64,000 nt of DNA from a bacterium. GTDB taxonomy: Bacteria; Zhuqueibacterota; Zhuqueibacteria; Residuimicrobiales; Krinioviventaceae. The stretch lies in NCBI GenBank assembly GCA_963675755.2, contig CAXXMD010000003.1:2112001-2176000 (forward strand), read 5' to 3'. Positions within the stretch are counted from its first letter, which is position 1. Every line of letters begins with the position of its first letter. Of this stretch, positions 39,586 through 49,382 are shown piece after piece. The notes under the pieces are model-generated. The model was given only the letters and a program-made list of their open reading frames with translations, made no database searches and had not been told where the DNA came from. The translations under genes were made by a program, and so were the position numbers.

Positions 39586-42546
39586 ATGAGAGCAAAATCG
39601 CTTGCCCTTTTAACGCTAATTGTTACAGTTGCTCTTTGCGGTGTTTTATTTGCAAATACCGTAGAGTTTTATGATCAGGTAAATTATAAAGGTGCTTTTG
39701 GTTCTTCCAACTGGATGAAAGGTTGGACCGCAATGGATTCTTATGGATTCCTGGCGGCAGATAAAGAACCCACTACAGAAGTAACGATTACAGATGCCAG
39801 TCTGGTTGGTGGTGAAGATTATTACTGGACTGCGGATAATATTTATGTGTTGGATGGTCTTGTATATCTTGAAGCTGGTGGTGTATTGAATATTGAAGCT
39901 GGTACTATTATTAAAGCTAAAAGCGAATCAGGTGAGAATACCAGCGCGCTGGTAATTTGTAATGGCGCCCAGATATTTGCTGAAGGTACAGCCTCAAAAC
40001 CCATCATCTTTACTTCTATCAATGATGATGTTTCAGATCCTTATGATCTGGATTTCAATACCCGCGGTGAATGGGGTGGTTTAATTATCATTGGTAATGC
40101 TACTACAAATGAAGGCGAGAATTTCTATATTGAAGGTATTTCAGAACAATCTGAACGTACTTTGGTTGGCGGTGATGATGATGATGACAACTCTGGTGTT
40201 TTGCGCTACGTTTCAATCCGTCATGGTGGTACCGAATTGGCACCCGGTGATGAGATCAATGGTTTGACCCTGGGTTCAGTGGGTCGCGGAACAACCATCG
40301 AGTATATTGAAGTTTTTGCTAATAAAGATGATGGTTTTGAATGGTTTGGTGGTACTGTTAACTGTTCTCATTTGATTGCTGCATATTGTGGTGATGATGC
40401 TTTTGATCATGATCAGGGCTTGCGCACCAAAATGCAGTTCCTGTTTGCAATTCAAGACTCTGCTTCAGCAGGTCACCTTGGCGAACATGACGGCGGACAC
40501 AAACCGGAAGATGGAACTCCTTATGCATATCCTCAGGTTTTTAATGCAACATTGATTGGTCCGGGAATGGAATCTTCTCAAACAGATGCAGCTTTTAACC
40601 TGCGTGACAACTGGGGTGGCGCTTACAAAAACTCTATCATTGGCGATTGTGCGGGAATTGCGATGACTGTTGAAGATCTTGAAGATGAAACCAAGCAAGA
40701 TAGTAAAAACCGTTTAGATGCCGGCGAAATTGTATTCCAGAACAATCTGTGGTTTGATTTAGCAGGAGGCACTACCTGGGCGGAATTGAGCGGTAGTGAT
40801 GCTGTAGCAGCAATGCTGGGTGACGCTGGTAACGCAAATGAATTGTTGAATGCTTCTCCATTAACAAGCATAAGCCGTTTACAGGACAATGGTCTTGATC
40901 CTCGTCCTGCTGCAGGTGGTGTTGCTTATGAAGACCTTGCAGAAATTCCTAATGACGGTTTCTTTGAACAAGTGAATTATAAAGGCGCTTTTGGTCAGAC
41001 CAACTGGGCAAAAGGCTGGACAGCTTTGGATGAATATGGCTTCTTTACTGAAGATAAAGTACCCACGACTGAAGTAAATGTAGTTGATGGTGATATTAAT
41101 GCAGGAGATAAAGTTTTCTGGACTGCTGACAATATCTATGTATTGGACGGTTTGGTATATGTTGAATCTGGTGCTGAATTGAATATTGAAGCCGGTACTG
41201 TTATTAAAGCCAAATCTGAATCCGGTGAAAATACGAGCGCACTGGTTATAACAAATGGCGCAAAGATTTATGCCGAAGGTACTGGTGTTAACCCAATCAT
41301 ATTCACCTCTGTTAATGACGATGTTACCGATCCTTATGATCTGGATTTTAATACCCGCGGTGAATGGGGTGGTTTGATTCTGATTGGTAATGCAACTACA
41401 AATGAAGGCGAAAATTTCTACATTGAAGGTATTTCTGAACAATCTGAGCGTACCCTGGTTGGTGGTGATGATGATCATGACAGCTCTGGACTTTTAAGAT
41501 ATATCTCGATCCGTCATGGTGGTACCGAGTTGGCCCCTGGTGATGAGATCAATGGTTTGACTTTGGGTTCTGTTGGTGATGGTACAACAATTGACCATAT
41601 TGAAGTATTTGCAAACAAAGACGACGGTTACGAATGGTTTGGCGGAACCGTTAGCAATTCTCACCTCATCTCTGCATTCTGTGGTGATGATGCTTTTGAT
41701 CACGATCAGGGTTTACGTACCAAAATGCAATTCCTGTTCGCAATTCAAGACTCTGCTTCTGCAGGTCACCTCGGTGAACATGATGGAGGTCACAAGCCAG
41801 AAGATGGAACTCCGTTTGCTTTTCCTGAAATTTATAACGCAACTTTGATTGGTCCCGGAATGGAATCTTCTCAAACAGATGCAGCTTTTAATTTGCGTGA
41901 CAACTGGGGTGGAGCTTATAAAAACTCTATCATTGGTGACTGTGCCGGTATTGCAATGACTGTTGAAGATCTTGAAGATGAAACCAAACAAGACAGCAAA
42001 AACCGTTTGGATGCTGGTGAAATCGTATTCCAGAACAACTTGTGGTTCGATTTTGCTGGTGGAAATGGCTGGGCTGAATTAAGCGGCAGCGACGCTGTAG
42101 CTGCAATGTTGAGTGACGCAGCAAATTCAAATGAATTTTTAGCAAGCTCTCCATTGACAAGTATCAGTCGTATGCAGGACAATGGTCTTGATCCTCGTCC
42201 CGAAGCGGGTGGTGTTGCATATGATGGTTTGGCTGAAATCATTGAAACTTTAATCTATGAATCTTATCAGGTTGCTCGTCCGGTTGATTACACTCTGTCA
42301 CAGAATTATCCCAATCCGTTCAACCCCAGTACAAATATTGAATATACTGTAAAACAGACTGCAAATGTTAACATTACCGTATTCAATCAACTGGGTCAAC
42401 AAGTTGCAACATTGGTAAACGGTGTTAAAACTGCCGGTAATTATACAATCACCTGGGATGCTTCTTACCTTACGAGCGGTGTTTACTTTTACCGTATGGA
42501 AGCTGGCAGCAATGTACATGTTAAAAAGATGATTCTTGTAAAATAA
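39586..42546 (+). CDS. Secreted acidic protein with two ~431-aa tandem units and a C-terminal T9SS-type/FlgD-Ig sorting domain
   Basis: Sec signal peptide; duplicated unit with GEWGGL, DEINGLTLGSVG, DDG.EWFGG and DDAFDHDQG; C-terminal LSQNYPNPFNPST...SGVYFYRM..KKMILVK. Confidence 0.88.
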   Translation: MRAKSLALLTLIVTVALCGVLFANTVEFYDQVNYKGAFGSSNWMKGWTAMDSYGFLAADKEPTTEVTITDASLVGGEDYYWTADNIYVLDGLVYLEAGGVLNIEAGTIIKAKSESGENTSALVICNGAQIFAEGTASKPIIFTSINDDVSDPYDLDFNTRGEWGGLIIIGNATTNEGENFYIEGISEQSERTLVGGDDDDDNSGVLRYVSIRHGGTELAPGDEINGLTLGSVGRGTTIEYIEVFANKDDGFEWFGGTVNCSHLIAAYCGDDAFDHDQGLRTKMQFLFAIQDSASAGHLGEHDGGHKPEDGTPYAYPQVFNATLIGPGMESSQTDAAFNLRDNWGGAYKNSIIGDCAGIAMTVEDLEDETKQDSKNRLDAGEIVFQNNLWFDLAGGTTWAELSGSDAVAAMLGDAGNANELLNASPLTSISRLQDNGLDPRPAAGGVAYEDLAEIPNDGFFEQVNYKGAFGQTNWAKGWTALDEYGFFTEDKVPTTEVNVVDGDINAGDKVFWTADNIYVLDGLVYVESGAELNIEAGTVIKAKSESGENTSALVITNGAKIYAEGTGVNPIIFTSVNDDVTDPYDLDFNTRGEWGGLILIGNATTNEGENFYIEGISEQSERTLVGGDDDHDSSGLLRYISIRHGGTELAPGDEINGLTLGSVGDGTTIDHIEVFANKDDGYEWFGGTVSNSHLISAFCGDDAFDHDQGLRTKMQFLFAIQDSASAGHLGEHDGGHKPEDGTPFAFPEIYNATLIGPGMESSQTDAAFNLRDNWGGAYKNSIIGDCAGIAMTVEDLEDETKQDSKNRLDAGEIVFQNNLWFDFAGGNGWAELSGSDAVAAMLSDAANSNEFLASSPLTSISRMQDNGLDPRPEAGGVAYDGLAEIIETLIYESYQVARPVDYTLSQNYPNPFNPSTNIEYTVKQTANVNITVFNQLGQQVATLVNGVKTAGNYTITWDASYLTSGVYFYRMEAGSNVHVKKMILVK
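39668..42240 (+). repeat. Intragenic tandem duplication (~1293-nt unit)
   Basis: AATTATAAAGG anchor at 39682 and 40975, with long near-identical stretches between the halves. Confidence 0.9.
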
Positions 42547-42565
42547 ATAAATGTTATGTGAAAGA

Positions 42566-42683
42566 GGGTCTGTAACCAGGTTACAGACCCGGTATATACT
42601 ATATTAATCAGAGTTACACCCAGAACCCTGCTGTCCACTGGTTTCTGCCAAAACCACCTCAATAACAGCAGGGTTTATTTTTT
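42566..42683 (+). terminator. Two hairpins after the duplicated-protein gene (probable terminator)
   Basis: GGGTCTGTAAC/GTTACAGACCC (42566-42590), then AACCCTGCTGT/ACAGCAGGGTT followed by a T-rich tail (42624-42683). Confidence 0.65.
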
Positions 42684-42695
42684 ACCCGCCCATAT

Positions 42696-42723
42696 TTTAC
42701 CATTTCTTAACATATCCTTTATG
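42696..42723 (+). promoter_or_regulatory. Pho box array
   Basis: TTTACC/TTAACA/TTTATG at 42696, 42707 and 42718 (11-bp period; TCTTAACAT core shared with the other two sites), upstream of the PAP2-GT operon. Confidence 0.68.
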
Positions 42724-42786
42724 TCTGAATAATTTAACATTTGTACAATTAAATGTAAAACGAATGTAAATTGTCAGGTAAAGCTG

Positions 42787-43314
42787 ATGGTCAAAATCAT
42801 AATCAATAATGTTGCAGCCTGGGACAGTGCCGTGTCTATCCGGATATTCAGGCTTTCCGGTAGAAAAATAATGGATACCATCATGTATTGGAGCTCACGC
42901 ATAGGTGATGGTTATATTTATGCGGTAATTGCAATTTTCTTGTTTATTTTTGATCTATCTATTGCTCCCAGGTTTTTACTGGCTGGTGTATTGTCGTTCA
43001 TCCTGGAAGTGTCAATACAAGTGTTGTTGAAAAATAAATTTAAACGAAAAAGACCATTTGATAAACTTTTACAAATAAAATTTCTTGTAAAACCTCCTGA
43101 TAAATTCAGTTTTCCCTCTGGTCATACGGCTGCCGCATTTTTGATGGCTGTTTTAATTAGTCATTTTTATCCGGTATTGACCATTCCCGTATTTCTTTTT
43201 GCTTCTGTTATTGGTTTTTCACGGATCTATAATGGTCTGCATTTTCCTTCTGATGTTCTTGCAGGCTTGATTTTAGGCGTTTCTTGTGCACAATTTGGAC
43301 TATTAATAATTTAG
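42787..43314 (+). CDS. PAP2-family membrane lipid phosphatase
   Basis: C1 KNKFKRKRP, C2 PSGH and C3 SRIYNGLHFPSDV motifs. Confidence 0.92.
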   Translation: MVKIIINNVAAWDSAVSIRIFRLSGRKIMDTIMYWSSRIGDGYIYAVIAIFLFIFDLSIAPRFLLAGVLSFILEVSIQVLLKNKFKRKRPFDKLLQIKFLVKPPDKFSFPSGHTAAAFLMAVLISHFYPVLTIPVFLFASVIGFSRIYNGLHFPSDVLAGLILGVSCAQFGLLII

Positions 43315-43323
43315 GGTGATGTC

Positions 43324-44478
43324 ATGAATCTTGCAATTTTTACAGAGAGCTTGCCGCCAAATACAGACGGCGTACAAAAAACCATGTCTTTTCTGGCGGA
43401 TTCTTTACTTGAACAGGAAGTTAATTTCAAGTTTTTTTCACCGGTTAAACCGGAATCCGGTTATGATTGGGTTGATCGTGTAAAAAAAGTCAGTTCTGTG
43501 CCCCTTGCATTGTATAAAGAGTACAAAATTGGTGTGCCCTATTTTGACAATCTTGAATATGATCTGGATTTTTTAAATCCGGATCTGGTCCATATTGCAG
43601 CCCCCAGTTTGATGGGATTGTGGGCGCTGCATTACGCGAAACGAAACAATATTCCTGTTGTATCCAGCTACCATACCCATTGGGTGCATTATTTCCCCTA
43701 TTTTGGGATTGGTGGACTGGAAAGTTATGGCTGGGCCTTTTTAAAGTGGTTCCATAGCAAATGCCTTAAAAATTACACTCCTACTCCTTCAGCGATTGCA
43801 GAACTGGAAAAACATGGTATTCCCAATGCGGAACTCTGGCAGCGTGGAATTGAGTTGGATAAATTTTCTCCACGTCTTCGCAGTACCCAATTGCGTCAGT
43901 CAATCGGTGCGGATAATAAACCGATTTTGTTGTTTGTTGGTCGATTGATCAACCACAAAGATCTGGATGATCTGGTTGATGCTCATAATATACTTAAAAA
44001 AAAATATGATTATCAGATAGTGATTGTTGGTGACGGTCCCATGCGCCAGGAATTGGAAGAAAAAATGCCGGATGCCCACTATACCGGTTATTTAAAAGGT
44101 AAGCCGCTTTACGAATGGTATGCTTCTGCCGATCTGTTTGTTTTTCCTTCGACTACAGAAACTTTTGGAAACGTGATTTTAGAGTCTTTTGCTTCAGGTA
44201 TACCGGCGGTGGGTGTTGCCAAGGGTGGCGTTGGTGATGTGATAAACCACGGGTATGACGGTTTCCTCGCAAAACCAAATGATCCTGTTGATTTTGCAGC
44301 GCATATAGAAAAATTTCTTGCTGATCCGGTATTACTCAAAACATTGGGTGGGCAGGGAAGAGAGACCGCTAAAAAATACAGTTGGTCTGCTATCAATTCG
44401 AGACTGATAGCCAGTTATAAATCTGTGATTGAAGGGGAGCAGATCAAGAAACCATTTATTTACAGCAAAGCCAGTTAG
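43324..44478 (+). CDS. GT4 glycosyltransferase (Agt/MgtA-like, probable diacylglycerol glycosyltransferase)
   Basis: TESLPPNTDGV, SSYHTH, WQRGI, LFVGRL and FVFPSTTETFGNVILESFASG motifs. Confidence 0.88.
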   Translation: MNLAIFTESLPPNTDGVQKTMSFLADSLLEQEVNFKFFSPVKPESGYDWVDRVKKVSSVPLALYKEYKIGVPYFDNLEYDLDFLNPDLVHIAAPSLMGLWALHYAKRNNIPVVSSYHTHWVHYFPYFGIGGLESYGWAFLKWFHSKCLKNYTPTPSAIAELEKHGIPNAELWQRGIELDKFSPRLRSTQLRQSIGADNKPILLFVGRLINHKDLDDLVDAHNILKKKYDYQIVIVGDGPMRQELEEKMPDAHYTGYLKGKPLYEWYASADLFVFPSTTETFGNVILESFASGIPAVGVAKGGVGDVINHGYDGFLAKPNDPVDFAAHIEKFLADPVLLKTLGGQGRETAKKYSWSAINSRLIASYKSVIEGEQIKKPFIYSKAS

Positions 44479-44485
44479 TCGTTTT

Positions 44486-46354
44486 ATGAATCAGAAATAT
44501 TCTTCAATAGATTTACATGTACACACCTGTTTTTCTGAAAATGCAGGTGACTGGCTTTTAAAGACAATTGGAGCAAACGAATCTTATACGACTCCCCAAC
44601 AAGTATATCAAATAGCAAAATCCCGGGGGATGGATTTTGTAACCATATCTGATCATGATACCATTGATGGCGCGCTTGAAATAGCCCACTATGATGATTT
44701 TTTCATTAGTGAAGAAGTAACTACATTTTTCCCGGAAGATAATGCCAAGGTGCATGTGGTTTGTCTGGATATTAATGAGAACATACATCGGGAAATACAG
44801 CACCTCCGTTATAATATTTATGAACTGGTGCAATATCTTTATTTACAAAATATCATCCATTTTATTGCTCACCCTTTTTTCAAAATGGGACGTACCCTGA
44901 CAATGGAGCATTTTGAGAAAATGCTGCTGTTGTTTCAGGTTTTTGAAACCAAGAATGGCGGCAAGCAACTGGTTCCCGATAAACTCTTGAAAAAGATTTT
45001 AAAGGGTTTGACCATTGAGGATATTGACCGACTTGCAATGAAGCACGGTATTGATCCCATAGGACTTGAGCCCTGGACAAAAAGTATGGTTGCAGGTTCC
45101 GATGATCATGGAGGTATATTAATTACTTGTCCCCACACCGTATGCCAGTTTTCTGAAAATAAATATGAACTGCTTGAAAATATTCGAACCGGTAATTGCA
45201 GGGCCCATGGATATGGCGGCAGTATGTTATCGGTTGCGCACCAGGTTATGGCTGTTTCTTATAAACATGCCAAACATCAAAATATACCTATTCCCCATCT
45301 CAATTCTCAAGTGACACAAACAATACTTGACAATATGTTTGAAAAAGTCCAAAACAATAGAATTGCAGATTTAACAACAGGATTTCTGTTCAGCCTGGCC
45401 AAATTTCCCGGATTGAGGTCATTGTTTGTTCCGGAAATAGTTGAGGGACCTAAACAAGCTTTTCAATATGAAGCCATTTATAATAAAAGATTTCAAAGGT
45501 TTTTAACAGGGAATGCGCACTTTGACGCATTGCAAAATAAACAGTTTTTCAAAAGCATGTGCAGGATAACGCATACAAGTATTGTCGGTATTGTTGAAGA
45601 AATTACATCTCCCCGGAACAATGCCGGCGTACTGGAAAAGTTGTCATTGATCAAACCGTTGCTGTCTTTGCTGCCAGTAATTGTTCCTTATGCTATTGCA
45701 GCACGAACAGAATATCAAGACCGTCATCTTATGCGTCAGGCTGCAAATACGTTTACACAAAACGGCAGGTTTTACAGAGGCCAGATTGCTGTTTTTAGCG
45801 AGGGTACGTATGCTCGCTCCTGTAATCATCGTCTTTCATTACGTTTGTTGGGTCAGGAAACCATATCTCGTCAACCTATGTACATGGGAATTGCTGAACG
45901 GTTCTGCAAAGATAAAAATGTTATTATTTATAAAATGATAACCAGTATAACATTAAATCCTGAAAAAAATATCCGTATCAAATTACCACCGTTTCTTAAA
46001 GTTTTGTATGATTTGGTAAACAAAGACTATGAAATGATCTATATTTCATCATTTGGAAGTATGGCAATAACCGGAACATTGATTGGAAGGTTGTTAAATA
46101 TTCCGGTTGCTGCCAGGTTTCCACACCGTCAGGTGATGAAATGGCTGGACAGTATTAAAGATCGAAACAAGTACAAGATTGTTCAATATTGTATTCGATT
46201 GTTTTACAATCAAATGCAAGAGATCCAGGTTAGTGGACAGGCAGGGTATGATTTGCTAATATCTTTAAATATTAAACCAGAAAAGATTACCCGAACCACC
46301 CGTAAATCTGTATCCGGGATTCAATCTTCTGTTTCCGGTCCCCAGGTTTATTAA
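44486..46354 (+). CDS. PHP-domain metallophosphoesterase fused to a degenerate GT4 N-terminal-like domain
   Basis: PHP ligands DLHVH, SDHD, SEE, AHP, E.KNG and GSDDH are present. The C-terminal third resembles a GT-B N-lobe but has no ExFG motif. Confidence 0.78.
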   Translation: MNQKYSSIDLHVHTCFSENAGDWLLKTIGANESYTTPQQVYQIAKSRGMDFVTISDHDTIDGALEIAHYDDFFISEEVTTFFPEDNAKVHVVCLDINENIHREIQHLRYNIYELVQYLYLQNIIHFIAHPFFKMGRTLTMEHFEKMLLLFQVFETKNGGKQLVPDKLLKKILKGLTIEDIDRLAMKHGIDPIGLEPWTKSMVAGSDDHGGILITCPHTVCQFSENKYELLENIRTGNCRAHGYGGSMLSVAHQVMAVSYKHAKHQNIPIPHLNSQVTQTILDNMFEKVQNNRIADLTTGFLFSLAKFPGLRSLFVPEIVEGPKQAFQYEAIYNKRFQRFLTGNAHFDALQNKQFFKSMCRITHTSIVGIVEEITSPRNNAGVLEKLSLIKPLLSLLPVIVPYAIAARTEYQDRHLMRQAANTFTQNGRFYRGQIAVFSEGTYARSCNHRLSLRLLGQETISRQPMYMGIAERFCKDKNVIIYKMITSITLNPEKNIRIKLPPFLKVLYDLVNKDYEMIYISSFGSMAITGTLIGRLLNIPVAARFPHRQVMKWLDSIKDRNKYKIVQYCIRLFYNQMQEIQVSGQAGYDLLISLNIKPEKITRTTRKSVSGIQSSVSGPQVY

Positions 46355-46381
46355 ATCCTGATATGGAGAACATATAAGTAT

Positions 46382-47536
46382 ATGAAGATTTGTGATCTAA
46401 CACAGGCTTATACCCCCAAGAGCGGTGGGATTCGAACCTATATTCATGAAAAACGTAAATATATTCAAAACCATACAAGAGATGAACATTTACTTGTTAT
46501 TCCCGGAAAAGATGACAGTATTATCCGGGAAGGTCGATTTACAACCATAACCATAAAGGCACCTCACATCCCCAAATGTGAACCCTATCGATATACATTT
46601 CGTTTGGACAAGGTTTATTCAATTCTTAAAGCTGAACGACCGGATGTCATCGAGATCGGCAGTCCTTATTTAATGCCGTACCCGGCAATGTTATACAGAC
46701 GTAACTATCCCTGTTCTATTATTGGATTTTATCATACGGATTTTCCTACTGCATATTCAGAACAGGAAGTAGCAAAAATTGCTGGTAAAGGGTGGGGGAG
46801 TGTAGCAAAACATTTAAGCGAATGGTACGCACACAAGATATACAACTGTTTTGATTATACGGCAACAGCGTCTGACCTTTTGAAAAGAAAATTGTTGAAT
46901 ATGGGAATCAAGCGAATTGCCAAGATCCCTTTAGGTGTAGACGCAGATATCTTTCATCCTTCTCGTCGTACCGGCACCATCAGACAGCGATTTGGCCTGG
47001 AAGATAAAATTGTTTTGATTTATGCGGGCAGACTGGATTCTGAAAAAAGAATTGATGTGATTTTGAATGCATTTGAAAAGAGTTTTAATAAATTCAATGG
47101 CGCATTAATGATAGTGGGGCAAGGCCCTCTTGAACCCCTGGTGATGGATTATGCAGCCAAACATCCGGATATTCATTATATACCCTATGTACACAATAAA
47201 AATGAACTTGCCGAGATACTTGCTTCCGCGGATGTATATGTAACCGCCGGACCGCATGAAACCTTTGGGCTTTCTATTATTGAAGCACAGGCAAGCGGTC
47301 TGCCGGTGTTGGGTGTAAATGCAGGGGCATTGCAGGAACGTGTTAATCCATCAGTGGGGGTGTTGGTAGAACCCGGCTCGGTTACAGAGATGGCAAACAC
47401 CATGTTTGAACTCTCAACAAATGGATTCAGAGAAAAAGGCAGAAACGCGCGAAAATGGGTAGAGCAGGAATTCTCCTGGTATAAAACGTTCAGTAAAATG
47501 TATAGATTATATGAAATTTCCGTCAATAAAAATTAA
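46382..47536 (+). CDS. GT4 glycosyltransferase
   Basis: SGGIRTY, GFYHTDFP, LGVD, YAGRLDSEK and HETFGLSIIEAQASGLP motifs. Confidence 0.9.
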   Translation: MKICDLTQAYTPKSGGIRTYIHEKRKYIQNHTRDEHLLVIPGKDDSIIREGRFTTITIKAPHIPKCEPYRYTFRLDKVYSILKAERPDVIEIGSPYLMPYPAMLYRRNYPCSIIGFYHTDFPTAYSEQEVAKIAGKGWGSVAKHLSEWYAHKIYNCFDYTATASDLLKRKLLNMGIKRIAKIPLGVDADIFHPSRRTGTIRQRFGLEDKIVLIYAGRLDSEKRIDVILNAFEKSFNKFNGALMIVGQGPLEPLVMDYAAKHPDIHYIPYVHNKNELAEILASADVYVTAGPHETFGLSIIEAQASGLPVLGVNAGALQERVNPSVGVLVEPGSVTEMANTMFELSTNGFREKGRNARKWVEQEFSWYKTFSKMYRLYEISVNKN

Positions 47537-48560
47537 TGAAAACGAACTGGATTTCAGACGTTTTGTCAAATATGGTATCTGGGTCGTTATTTTGGGTATG
47601 GCCGGGAACATAATTTTTTCCCTTTTAACAACAGACCGGGGTATTTTTCAGGTTTTATTCAAGTTCAGACCCCGGTATTTTTTGTTGGCTATAACACTGG
47701 CATTTGTTCCCTGGCTTACCAACACATTGCGATTAATGATCTGGACACGATTTTTAGATAAAAAGATTCCTTTTAGTGAACTTTTCAAGATTATACTGAG
47801 TCAGGATTTGGGTTCTGCAATTAGTCCAACTGCTATTGGCGGGGGTTACGTTAAAGCAGGTATGCTCATTAACAAAGGAATGACGGCGGGCGCTGCTGCT
47901 TCGTTGATGTCATTGGGAACTGTAGAAGACGGATTGTTTTTTCTTTTTGCGGTGCCAACTGCTTTTATTGTTTCTTCCTGCTGGGAGTTACCGGTAATAC
48001 GAGATATAATTCACCATCTGAGCTTTGCCAGGAATTACCTGATTGCTATTGCAATCATGCTGGCAGTATTGATCGTGCTGATAGTATTATTAAGAAATAA
48101 ACAATTGGTTGCAAGGTCCCGGTTGTTAACTGTTATTCAAAAAAAAGCTTCCAAAGTTTGGCAGGATTTTAAACTTGTATATATCCTGATTGTAAAACGC
48201 GGTAAAACACGTTTTTTTGCATCCATAACACTCTCTGCTTTACAATGGATTTGCAGGTATTCGGTGGTTACTGCACTACTGGCATCTCTGAATGTTCCTG
48301 TTGATCCTGTTTTATTTTTTCTGTTTCAATGGATGACGTTTACAATCATGACACTGATTCCCACTCCGGGAGCAGCTGCCGGAGCAGAAGCTTCCTTTTA
48401 TTTCATGTATGCAGCATTTATCCCCAAAGAGTTTTTGGGAGTAATGACCCTGGGGTGGCGTTTTTTGACATTTTATATGCAGGTGAGTATCAGTATTTTA
48501 TTTATTATGCTTTTTTATCTTGGCGGATTTGCCAAGAAAAGTGCAAACGCTTCTTTATGA
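47511..48560 (+). CDS. Lysylphosphatidylglycerol-synthase TM / flippase-like domain protein (UPF0104)
   Basis: Multi-TM protein with ISPTAIGG, PTPGAAAGAEASF and WRFLTFY motifs. Confidence 0.85.
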   Translation: MKFPSIKINENELDFRRFVKYGIWVVILGMAGNIIFSLLTTDRGIFQVLFKFRPRYFLLAITLAFVPWLTNTLRLMIWTRFLDKKIPFSELFKIILSQDLGSAISPTAIGGGYVKAGMLINKGMTAGAAASLMSLGTVEDGLFFLFAVPTAFIVSSCWELPVIRDIIHHLSFARNYLIAIAIMLAVLIVLIVLLRNKQLVARSRLLTVIQKKASKVWQDFKLVYILIVKRGKTRFFASITLSALQWICRYSVVTALLASLNVPVDPVLFFLFQWMTFTIMTLIPTPGAAAGAEASFYFMYAAFIPKEFLGVMTLGWRFLTFYMQVSISILFIMLFYLGGFAKKSANASL

Positions 48561-49382
48561 ATCTTGCCAGATGGGGAAAAAGCCTGTCTGTTCCACTATT
48601 GCCTGGCCTTTAGGGCCCAGTACCCAATCGATAAATCGTTTTACATGTCCTTGTGGTGTGTTTGGTGTATAGAGATAGAGATACCGGATGATGGGGTAAG
48701 AGTCATTTTGTATGTTTTCCGGTATGGGTTCAATATTATTGATCTTGCTGAATTTGATACCCGGATGTTGGATGATACCGCCATAACCAATAGCATTAAC
48801 GTCTTCTGCAACTTGAGTAACCATATCTGCAGCAGATGCAACTGACATTTTATGATCGGCATGAAAGGCCTCGCCATCGAGGACGTGTTCTCTGAGATAG
48901 AGGTGTGTGCCGGAATTGGGCAGACGATCATAGAGCTCAATAACAGCATTGTTGCCGCCTACCTGGCCCCAGTTTGTTATTTCACCCAGATATATTTTTT
49001 CGACTTGCTCAAGGGTTAGTGAATTCACAGGATTAGCAGGATGCAGGTAAATACAAAGCGCGTCTTTGGCAACCCGATGAGAAACACCCAGCGAGCCGGT
49101 AAAGTCCACTAGTATCTGTGCTTCTTCGGGTCTGAGCGGTCTGGAAGCTGTACAGATATCTACACTGCCATTTGCCAGAGCTCTGGCACCGGATCCGGTA
49201 CCACCGCCTTCATAATATACGGATGTTTGCGGGTGGGTTTTCATATATGATTCAGCCCAATGACGTGAAAGGGTGTACATGGTATCTGAGCCTTTGAGCC
49301 GGATTGTCTTGCTGTCATTTTGATTGGTGTAATAACAGCTGGTAAAGAGTAACAATATGATCGCAAACAGGATTTTTTTCAT
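48555..49382 (-). CDS. pstS: Phosphate-binding lipoprotein (PstS family)
   Basis: KGSDTM, GGGTGSG, ASRP, SGTH, AIGYGG and YPIIRYLYLY motifs; lipobox FTSC; ATGA overlap with the M28 gene. Confidence 0.85.
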   Translation of the reverse strand: MKKILFAIILLLFTSCYYTNQNDSKTIRLKGSDTMYTLSRHWAESYMKTHPQTSVYYEGGGTGSGARALANGSVDICTASRPLRPEEAQILVDFTGSLGVSHRVAKDALCIYLHPANPVNSLTLEQVEKIYLGEITNWGQVGGNNAVIELYDRLPNSGTHLYLREHVLDGEAFHADHKMSVASAADMVTQVAEDVNAIGYGGIIQHPGIKFSKINNIEPIPENIQNDSYPIIRYLYLYTPNTPQGHVKRFIDWVLGPKGQAIVEQTGFFPIWQDS

